The notes under the pieces: generated by a model | Database searches by the model: none | Told to the model about the DNA's origin: nothing | What the model saw: only the letters and a program-made list of their open reading frames with translations | Origin: Convolutriloba macropyga | Lineage: Eukaryota | NCBI RefSeq assembly: GCF_964194025.1 | Contig: NC_134469.1 | Location: forward strand, 13,640,001 to 13,704,000 | DNA length: 64,000 nt | Direction: 5' to 3' | Shown here: piece after piece, positions 22,116 through 33,600 of the stretch | Position numbering within the stretch: position 1 is the stretch's first letter | Layout: each line of letters begins with the position of its first letter | Program-made: the position numbers and the translations under genes

Positions 22116-22675
22116 AAAAAACATAGCTGGCAGATTGCCAGAAAATAGCCGCAATAGATTCGTAGATCGGCAGTCTAAAAAAAACAGTAAAAAAGACAGA
22201 CCAAAAAAATTCGTCTTTTCATTGAAGGCTGATCTGTTATATTTTGATTAAAAATCTGTATAGGTTTTTGCTGCCTCTATTAGCTGCTCTCAAATAACCT
22301 TCATTTAGAATGACAAACACCCATTTGACCTTATCTTTTTGAATTGAAGTAAATTAAAGTCAATTTCAAATTGAGGAAGTCATTTTTGAGAGTGAGGTAA
22401 GTCAAGTGTGACCAAAAATTTAATCACGCGCATGAACAAAAAAACTCGCTCCACTAAGAGCGAAAAATGACGTCACACATGCAATTCAGTTGAAATTGCA
22501 TGAACGAATGAACAAAAAGTGGCTGTGACGTCATATGGTCGTAACAAAAATCATGACGACGAAATAAAAAAAAACCAAGAGAAGGCCAATAATAGCCCCA
22601 GCTATCGCTGTGCGGCTATTAAAAAAACCAAGAGAAGGCCAATAATAGCCTCAGCTATCGCTTCGCGGCTATTAA
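22116..22675 (-). mobile_element. Non-autonomous Helentron (HINE/DINE-1-like) element, terminal ~55 bp tandemly duplicated
   Basis: Subterminal inverted repeat AATAGCCGCA/TGCGGCTATT, hairpin CTGGCA-GAT-TGCCAG at one end, palindrome at the other, ends in A/T runs, no TSD. Confidence 0.8.
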
Positions 22676-24015
22676 AAAAGATTTAGTTTTTTGATCTACA
22701 GAGCCGCCCAAGAGCAACTTCAATATACAGAAGTGAAAAAATTGTTCTTAAAACTTGCAAAAAATGACATTTAGAAAAAAAATTTTCAACCTGGCGATCC
22801 AAATAAATTTCTTACTCTCAGATTCTTCTATTTTTCATTCTCCCCGAGGTTATTAGTTCGAATCATCTGCTCTGACAGTTTAAAGAATACAAATAAAGAA
22901 AGATTTCCAACTTTAGAAATTTTCAGAAATTTCTTTGGTTGATTTGATGTTCATTACATGAAGCTAATTTTTTTTACGTCTCCGAAGTCTTGAGAACATT
23001 GAATTGGTTAGTTCGGATGAAATCAGAAGAATTGTTTGCAAACAAAACTCTAGAATTCACAATAAAAACATTCTTCTGGTTTTATTTTCACAATTTCAAA
23101 GTTGATTTTTGCTATTTTGAGAGATCTAAGTTGCCTGAGGTCCTCGATATTCCATAAATGTTTCACCAGAACAGAGAATAATTGGTTCTTACTTTATTTG
23201 CTTTATTATGTATCAAGCCGAATACATACTGACGGTTCGAAAAGTTTTTAAATGAAATTCGGAGAAAAGAACCTTAGATTTTTTGGAATTTGCGGTTAAA
23301 ATAACTTAAATTGTTAATTTTTAGTCTTAAAATGTAAAGAATTACCGGTGACAAATCTCCATTTAACATAACTAAGGTTACTACAATTTACCAACGTTTT
23401 TATTTCAAATTTCAACGGCCATCTGTCACCTCCCCCAAGCGAAGTGGTTTTTTCCTGTTCAATTTTTCCTTCCAGTTTTGGAGTCCCCCTTTTTGAAACT
23501 TTTGATAATTTTTAATAATAGAAATCAAAACTAGATCCTGAGGGCTACAACATGATGTCGTTCTTTTTTCTCTACGATCCGTAAACAAAAATTGAAAATT
23601 TGACAAGAAAAAGGCAGTCTCGCATATATATTCCCGCAATATTGAAAAAATGTTGGAACAATAAAATTGAGAAAAAGAGGCATTTTTGATCGAACTTTAT
23701 TTAGTTGTGTGCTCTCACAAGCATAGTGCTCGGAGGTTGCAGACCTTAACGTAAAAAGCAATCACTTCATTTCAAACTACAGACACCACTTATTTGGGAA
23801 ATCAAATATGGCGTTTTTTATGTATTCGATATCTCGACCCAAAGTTACAGGTCAACTAACGACCTCCTCTCGAATGGCGAAGGAAAGTATTTACTCACAC
23901 AACAATAGGGTTCTTGCAAGCATGCAACACAAGCTTATAGTCTCCTATTTCGAAAATAGAGCAGTCATTCTCGGGGTCAAAGATTGGTCCAAAATGTACA
24001 GGCTTTTTGATTTAC

Positions 24016-24384
24016 CTGTTTGATTATTGAATCTTTGTGCCCGTCCACACTAAACAACTGTCCCAACATATCATTCTCATGATCATTTACCGCATCCTCA
24101 CTTTCAGTAGTACTAATAACACCATTAACAGCGACCTTCATGCTACCAGAACCAGCTGGTGCTAGGGTCACATCAGCCGCATTAGCCAGTCTTCCATTTG
24201 GGGTTAAAACGCCACGAACAATTGACATTGCAACGGGAGCAGGATTCTCTCCGTGTGCATCGTGGCTGTTCTGAATCATAGATTTTAAAGACAGAACCAG
24301 CTTGTTGTTGTTGTTTGGCTCCTGGTTGCCCAAACTGCCACTAAACAGGTCACCATAAAGATCCAAATGTCTATCTTCACCCAT
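24016..24384 (-). CDS. First coding exon (123 codons) of an unidentified host gene
   Basis: TTTCTTTCAG acceptor 6 nt before GCCATGG; open frame with coding-like composition; ends at CAG|GTAAAT donor. Downstream exons not identified. Confidence 0.6.
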
Positions 24385-24621
24385 GGCTCTCTGAAAGAAA
24401 AGTAGTACTTATTGCAATGCCGCAATCTAATTATACATAAATGTATTTCATTCAATCTGAATAAATGTATTTCATTCAATGTCCTTCATATCTTTGTTTT
24501 CAGATAACTGAAAACAAAGTATTGAGCGTCCTCACACGGATAATGGAACAAGTTTCGGGATATGATAGAGTGGTAGTAAAACAGTGGTCTTCAAAAAAAA
24601 AAATCACAACAATTTTTTTTT

Positions 24622-27600
24622 TTACAAATTCTTTGTTTTTACTTTTATGAAGCTATCATGGCTCACCAAACTAGCTCGTTTCATTCTACCAGTTTCGTGC
24701 AGCTTTTTAGAATTCAATTTATCAAAATAAACAATCAAATCATCAATTTTTCTTTCATCAGGCTTGATTTGAGTCAATTTCAATTGTGATAATAATTTCA
24801 CGTGTGGCACAAGTTGAGAGCAGTAATGATTGCGCATAGGATATAATTCCCACAAAGCTGTGTTCTGGGCATTGGCTAAGTCGGGGTCGTTCACCAGCGC
24901 ATTGTACTTGCCACTGCCCACTGACTCCTCAGTCAGAAGTTGATCTGATTGGTTGGTCGTAGTTCGACTGAAAATATACGAGTGAAATATACGATCAATC
25001 CATACAGACACTACTAGGAAAATTTTGCACAAGCTCACATTATCACGAAATCAAAAATCAACAATGTGCGATTGACTGTCATCAAATTAATTATTCCTAT
25101 ATTTTTGAAATGTGAACTAGATACCAGACACACTTTTTTGTCGAAACGGATTGATTTTTAGGGTATCTCCGACAGATCGTGTGTGGTATTGTTATAAACA
25201 TTTCTTTGCATATGATTAAAGCAAACAAATCAGAAAATCCCCTTTTGGTTATAATTCAACGAAAAATGCATTGTAAAAAATCTTGATTAATTTGGCAACC
25301 GAAAATTCCCAAGAGAAGTAAGTTTCGATTTTGCTACAAATAAAGCAAAAAAAACTATACAAGGGGTCAAAAATAGCTTAAAACTCAAATTAACGCATAA
25401 ATAAACTCAACAATCAAAAAACATCAAAAAAACTAACAATATCAAAATTATTAATTTGATAAATACTAACCTGACAGAAAACATAAAATTTTAAACCCAA
25501 ACAGCAGCCTGAAAATGCCGCAAGTGAAAAAAAAACAAAGCCTCCCCCTCTCCCTCTTCGAATTTTTACACTTTCTTTCTTTCCGTTTTTTTTTGCCCGC
25601 TCATTTAAGATGCATTAGCCAGAAGAATTCGGGAAAAAAACTCGAAGATGGCATTGCCAAAAAGCAGCCAGACGAATAACTAGTTTCTGATGGCTGTGAG
25701 CATGAAAGAACACATAGCCGGCAGATTGCCGGAATAGAATAGAGCTGCGAAAGAATAGACCTGCGTGCCATATAATAGAGATAGAAACAGATACAGATCT
25801 AAATTAAAAAAAATCGACGCTAAAAAAACTGGGCTAAAAAACATTCAGCGATAAATCAATAAAGGTTGTTAAAATTCATTCCACAGAAGCCTCTTATTAG
25901 GGACCTTTACTGCACATATGAGTTCCTTTGACCTTAAACTTATTCAAAATAAACTGAAATTCTTAAGTGCAAAAGTCATTTTATTGAGTGAGGTAAGTCA
26001 CTTATGATCAAAATCTAATCACACAAAAAACTTTCGCTAAAGCGAGTGAGAAATAACGTCACGCGCGCAAGTGCCGTTAGTGAGAGGAAGAAGTCATTCA
26101 GAAAATTTGACTTTTTCAGCTTTGCTGTGTGAACAAATGTAAAACGAAAAAAGAGCGTCAGACGACGAAACAAAAAAAAACCAGGAGCACCGCAATATAG
26201 CTACGCTCAGCTTACAGCTTCGCAGCTATAAAAACAAAATTAACTAAATGCAATTTAGACAAGGAAAATAAAAATTGAATTGCTTTTTCAATTTGTACAA
26301 AAACAAATACAAAGGGGGAAACAACACTTCAAGTAACCAAGACAATTTAATTGCACATAAAAATTCAGACAAGCCGAAATAAGCACAAAAACATCTCTAA
26401 TTTTGAAATAAAGCAAAAAAGAAATTAAGCAAAACTATAAAAAAATTCTCGATTTTTGTCACAATTCAAAGACAGAAGCTTGGTACCAAAAACCTGCATT
26501 TAATTTGTAATAGAAACTAGCCACGAGCATCAGGCATATATTCATTTACAACCAAAAGCAATAGAATACAATAATGGGCCAAAAATTGCAAAAATAGCCT
26601 TAAAACCTGAGAATTAGTTGAAAATACTTCAAATTAGCGTAACCCTGCAATAAGCAAAAACATTTGAAAGGCTATCAAAACAACCTGAAAATTATAACTT
26701 TGGCTTGAAATCACCTTTTAGACAAAATATAAATTTCAAAAAACAGCTTGAAAAAGCCGCACGTGAACAAAAAAAACTTCTCATTTAGCGATTTTTTTTC
26801 AGGCCTACATTTCTCGCTCTATTAAAAGAAAGCACGTACAAAAGAACCACTCTCTCTTTTCTCTGATCTTCGAATTTGTTCACTGAGACAGCCTTTTCAC
26901 TTTATTCCTTCCCTGAACTTCCGGTTTTATTGCTCGCTGACTTATAAAAAAAACAGAACCAGAAAGACTCTTGGAGTTTTAAAATACAGAGAAACATAAC
27001 GCCTCAGCGAGACGTAAAACCTCAAGAAAAACAATACTCCTTTTCGAGTCGTAGAAACTACAATAAGACCAGTAATAGCCTCGCTATGGCTTTTCTTCTG
27101 TTAAAAAATGAACAGAAATGATCAAAGATCACAAAAATGGGTTGACAGTCTTTCATAGATTGAAGTTAGTGATAAATGCAAGCGATTATTTGGGTGTCAA
27201 AATATTGCCGTTTTGTAAAAAAAAATCAATGAACTCTATTTATTAAGAGCTTTCACGTGGTACATGTCTTCCGTCAATTAGTCAAAGACATACGGAAAAT
27301 ACAGCCTGGCGAATATTTAACCCCTTGTCATTAAAAACGTTAGAACAATTAAAGCAAAAATACGTCATCCAAAACTATTGTAGCAAGCAGCCAAAAACCT
27401 GCGTGAGAAAAGCTAAATAGAACGGCAAAATTATAACTGAGTGGAAAAAATTTACCCGACATAATTTTGAACTCCAAATTTAATGTGTAAATTGAGCTCA
27501 AAATTCGATATCATACTAATTTAATCTTTAGAGTTTGGTAATTAGGTGAAGCGCAATAAATTGAACTGAATAAAACGTTCCAGAAGTACTCACTTTTCGT

Positions 27601-30600
27601 GTAATTGGCTTTGCAAAAAATCAAGGCCGAGTGGCATCAAAAACATCACGAGAGTGGCATCAAAAACAAAAGATTGATGGGATGACTTGATAGTGCAATG
27701 CTACAAAGACAGCTTTCTAAAGAAGGACCTGAGGCGTAGGGCGCAACCTTGGTCAGTAACCTCCATCTGGGGCCACCTGTGTAACTGCCGCTAGCTCAGT
27801 CAGTGGAAGTTAGCTAAGCTGACAGTCCGAAAATTGAGCCGTGAATAGGCCACCATGGACTTAAAACAAATTATTTCTAGACTTCCTTGTCAATCCGTTT
27901 CACATCAGCGCATGCAAGAGCCTGAGATGCGAGGTGTTGAAGCAGAGCATCGAATAGCGCCCGTGAAAGAAGGGAGCAAAAGTGGATGTTGGCGGGACCC
28001 TGAGAACAAAAGTGGCTCTTGTAGTCATGTCTCGCCGACTTCTATCTGTTGGAAATGTCTCCAATGAACGAAAGATGGTCAAAGTTAACACATTCGAAAG
28101 TCAACAAAGCAACGAAAGTGACATAGACTAGTAGCTGAAATTTTGATAATTTAGTAGTGATTTGGAAAGTCTTGTGAACTCTAATCGGCCTTAAACCCTT
28201 TTTAGTAGGCAACTAACGCAAGGTTAATATGGTTGAGATGCGAGGGACCTTGGGAAGACTGCTACACATTATTCACTGAACGTTGCGGAGTAGTGGAAGA
28301 GAAAACTGTTTGTGATCCCTGCGCACAATTGGTATCTGAGATGAAAGTCTTCTAATCGGAAATACTGTGTAAAGTCCAGACAAGACAGATGCAGTGATAG
28401 TCACAGAAATAACATCAGAGTAGTGTTGCAACTGTGATCGCAGAGCCAAAAAGATAAAGAGTGACTACACTATATATTTGGTCCAGACAACACTTGCTCT
28501 GCTTGTCCCGAAAGATGGTTGGAATACAGAGATACTTGAGGCTCTGGGGACACAACACCTCAAAGAGCAAAGAGCTGGACCCCAGAGGGTCCTCGCACCG
28601 ATGCAACACAGTTTACCCTGGCTTGAAATTCATTCCTCTAAAGGTCAGTAGACTAAATACTCGAGGCTCCGGCCAAATGGGCAGGTGCACGAGATTGATA
28701 TCTAAATTTGAGAGCTTTTGAAAAACATAGCTGGCAGATTGCCAGAAAATAGCCGCAATAGCTTCGTAGATCTGTAGTCTAAAAAAACAGTAGAGAAGGA
28801 CCAAAAAAATTCGCCTTTTCATTGAAGGCTGATATGTTATATTTTGATTTAAAATCTGTATAAGTTTTTTCTGCCTCTATTAGCTGCTCTCAAATAACCT
28901 TCATTTAGATTGACACACCCACACCCATTTGACCTTATCTCTTTGAATTAAAGTAAATAAAAGTCAATTTCAAAGTGAGGAGGTCATTTTTGTGAGTGAG
29001 GTAAGTCAAGTGTGACCAAAAATTTAATCACGTCAATTAACAAACATAGCTGGCAGATTGCCAGAAAATAGCCGCAATAGATTCGCAGATCGGCAGTCTA
29101 AAAAACAAAAAAAAACACAACAAAAAAATTCGTCTTTTCATTGAGGGTTGATCTATTATATTTTGATTAAAAATCTGTAAGAGTTATTGCTGCCTCTATT
29201 AGCTGCTATCAAATAACCTTCATTTAGAGTGACACACTCCCATTTGATCTTATCTCTTTGAATTAAAGTAAATAAAAGTCAATTTTAAAGTGAGGAAGTC
29301 ATTTTTGAGAGTGAGGTAAGTCAAGTGTGACCAAAAATTTAATCACGCACATGAACAAAAAAATTCGCTCCACTAAGAGCGAAAAATGATGTCACACATG
29401 CAATTCAGTTGAAATTGCATGAACGAATGAACAAAAAGTGGCTGTGACGTCATATGGTCGTAACAAAAATCATGACGACGAAATAAAAAAAAAACCACGA
29501 GAAGGCCAATAATAGCCCCAGCTATCGCTGTGCGGCTATTAAAAAAAAACTCGCTCCACTAAGAGCGAAAAATGACGTCACGCAAGCACTTGTTGAAATT
29601 GCATGAACGAATGAACAAAAAGCAGATTTGAAGTGGTTGTGACGTCATATGGTCGTAACAAAAATCGCGACGACGAAATAAAAAAAAACCAAGAGAAGGC
29701 CAATAATAGCCCCAGCTATCGCTGTGCGGCTATTAAAAAGTTACAACTTTTTTGCATAGTTTTTGGGACGTTATTATAGCAAGTAGTAGCCACAGACCAG
29801 AGAACGAAAACAGCTCCGTCAAAAATTAGTTCAAATTTAAGGCTTATTACAACAATTACTTGTCATTACAACTCATTGTTATCGCAAGCTTACCCGATCG
29901 TCTGGAAAAGTCTCATGGCACTTCTGTTGTCCACACTCAACAACACAGTAGCCAGTCTCTTGCACATGGCCAACAGTCTCGATGTTCTCATATCTTTCTT
30001 GCGCTCTCGAGCAACAATTTCTTCTATAGTGTCAAGCGCCATGTTGAAATCTTGGCGACTTACTTGACCAAGAGCAAGCAAGGATTCGTACAAATATGAA
30101 TAGAACTGTTGCAAGTCGACATTGACCAGTTCCATGTCACAGCCACTCATTAATCTGCCACAACAGATTGAATGTATTCACATGAGCTCGAGAAAATGTT
30201 TTTTTTTGTAGGACAAATTTGGTTTGTATTAAATCGCCATTTGAAGAGATGATTTTTCACCACAAAAGGTCACAAACAGGGCAACCACAAAAAATTCAAG
30301 AAATACAATTATCTTTGCTTAAAATAGTTCACAGCCAATTAATTTCTATAAACCATTAAATAACACCAGGGAATATGACCGAATCACATTTCCCGCCTGT
30401 GCGTAACGAAAAAGAGTACAATTTTTAAATTCAAACAATGGTTTTCGCTCAAATGTTCACACATGACTTTTTATAATGTTCACCCGATGGGTACGTACCT
30501 AAAAACAGACAGCACACAGTGTAGTCTCTGTTTGTAATTGAGGTCGAGCCTCTTCAAGATGTCTTTGATGAGCACAAGCAGATCATCATAGAACTCAACT

Positions 30601-33600
30601 CCGATCAGATGTCCCAGCTTTGCCACCCCTTCCAACACCACCTCTAGATTTTTGGAATTGGTGAGTCTCTTCAGCACTCTATACATGACAACATCAAGAT
30701 TAAAATATCCTCCAAACTATCATCAATAGTACCCCAGACCCTCAGCTAGAAGTCAAAAATCCAATAGCCCGTCAAAAAAACCTTCAAAACGGTCCAGTTA
30801 TCTTTTCCACATACAAGTAGTGTATATTTAAATAATCAGTAATTCTTGCTAGAAGCAATTTCAAGTACTAGAAACTGTCCTGCCACCCATAGTCGACAAG
30901 ACCAACGATCTACTTTTTCGCCGCATGAAGAAAAGTTATCTTCATGAACACGTGAACAAACTAAGTTGCGCTTTTGCAGTAATAATTGTTTGCATAGCCC
31001 AATAGGATGTTGAGCTAGTCATTAACTTATTATATACAATTACAGAAGGGTAGGCAACGCGGAGCGGTAGGGAGGGGAGGGGAGGGGGGCTCGACACTAA
31101 ATAGTTCATACGAAAACCAAAACTTTTGCTTAGAGTAGAGGTAATGAAACCAATTCAAACACTATTAAACGTTGCTAAACAAGAAAACAATAGTGCTTGA
31201 TTGTTTAGAATTCCGACAAAGTGCGCTTTAAAGAAGTACAGTTTATATCCACCCTATTGTAATTTCCTCTTATTCTTTAAGTAAAAAGCATTGGAAATTT
31301 CAGTAAAAACCAAATGAAAGTTGAGTAATTTATTTTATTTCCTTGAACAATTACCCTTTGATTTATTTATTAAAGAGCATTTATCAATTACTGAGGAAGA
31401 AAGGCAACAACATGGATGGTGAAGTATCTTCCAGCGATTTTTCAAATACTGCAACAGGTATGAGTGGTGATACTGTTTTGACTAAAAAAGTTGATGAACT
31501 ATCGAAAGTAGTGTCCGGATTAATAGACACGAACAAAAAACAGGAACAAAAAATTATTGATCTCGAAAAAAAAACAGGTTGAAATAAACGACAGACTGAG
31601 AGCTCAGGAACGTTACACAAGCAAGGACTGTGTTATAATCTGCAATCCACCCTTTGACTCAAGAGACAATCGAAATGTGTTGCGAAACACATTGAAATTT
31701 TTTGAAAATTTTCTGAATATCAAACTGGACGAAAACAGAATTAAAGCATGTCCTATATTACCCGGCACAGCAGCAAATGGATGCCCAGAGTCAGTGATCT
31801 GCAAGTTTGTCTATTTTGAAGAAAAAGATAGGGTTTTTGGTGCAAAGAGGAAACTTTAGAAAATCAAGAGTCCACTAAATAATCTTAATATATACATTAA
31901 TGATATATACATGCCTAAACATGAAGCAGAAATAAACAGTGAGGCGAAGAAAATGGGAATGATTACGTCAACAAAAAATTGTACAGTGTCAGTTATGGTT
32001 AAGAATCTGCAAAATGAAACATCCTTTAGAGCAGTAAATAACGTGGACGAATTGAATAAAATCCAAAATCCTGTCTTACGGGAGAGTGGACGCAACAAGC
32101 GAAAATTTATGAAGGAAGCAGAAGAGCTCTCATGTGAAAAGGGCCAAGAGAGGTTTTCACCTGATAACAAGAGACCAATGAAAAAATGAACTCCATAGCG
32201 TAATTTCATACATTAACAGTGGAAACTTAAACTTTTTGATCTGATTATTAAATAATTTTTTGTAGTAAATTTCATAATAACCCCACACAGTAGCAGTACT
32301 AAAATAATGAGACTATAATGTTCCTACTCATTCATTTTGCTCGCAATATTCGCAGCAAGATGGGATGGTAGTAAGTTTAAGGCATATGTCTTCTTTCATT
32401 TTAGACTTCTTATCTCATTGTCCTATTTCTCATTGTCCTAGCAAGTTCTCATTGTCCTTTTTAGCTCGCCATATTCGCAGCTGAATGGTAAGATGAGAAA
32501 ATTTTAGGGGTATACCTGTCGCCTTACGTAGAAAAATCAAACCCCTTCCTGCTTACAGTATGCGCAGCAAAGAGACAATTTAGATGGAAATTTTAAAATG
32601 TTTTAGTGGCAATATATGTCTAGCGATATCCGCAGACAAAGCTGCCTTAGATGATTTGCATTTTTAGGTTTTTCATTAAAAGAAATTTTTTAGAATTAAA
32701 AAGTCAAAGTTTGCGATATCCGCAACTCTGAAATTAAATTAGGTTAGAAAAAGAAATAAACTCAGTTTCTTTTATTGTGGAGGCCTGCGATATCCGCGGT
32801 CATTCACATTCATACATTCATATTGATTTTTTTTTCTTCTTTTTTCTTTTTACTCTATCTTTTGTCCAAATTTACAAGTTTTAGATTTCTCTCTTTTTTA
32901 GGTTTGACAAAAATGCATTTGAAACCCTGATAGAAAATTAAAAATTGGTAATGTGTTCAAGGGAAAAAAAATTTCAAAATGAGTGCAAACAAAATAATCT
33001 TGCAAAACATCAGATCGATCTACAAAAATTTGAACGAGTTTGAAGTGTTGATAAAACAACAGGAGAGTCAACCGTTAGCAATATGTTTGACGGAAACGTG
33101 GCTCAAGGACCAATCTAACACAAAGTGCATTAACCTTGATGGCTACCAGGAGATTGCTACAAGCAACCGAAATACCTCTAAAGGAGGAGGGGTTGGGATC
33201 TTTGTAAGATTGGATTTACAACAAACAATTATTAAAAAGTTTGGCTGTACCAGTATTCAAATTTTAACTGTGAAAATCAACACAAAAAATGGCAAAAGTT
33301 TTTTATTAACAGTGATCTATATCAAACCAAATACAAGTATAAAGATGTTTGCAGATGTTTTTTGAAGAACTAACTCCGGAACCGGAACAGTTACACATTG
33401 TTTGCGGAGATTTTAACATTGACCATAGTAGCAATAACATCAAGCTTACAAAATTAAAAGACATTTTTAGTTCTTACAACTTAAGGAATATGTCTAACGT
33501 TGGGTATACTAGAGAAAGCGCAAAGTCGAGAACTAATATTGACGTAGTTTACTGCTCGAAGACAGTAGAAATTGAAATCATCAAGTCAGCTGTAACGGAT

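Noticed and set aside
27787-27860. tRNA or tRNA-derived SINE head (TAGCTCAGTC)
   Set aside because: No T-arm/B-box (GTTCRA) or cloverleaf; the segment fits better as P4 of the HDV-like fold.
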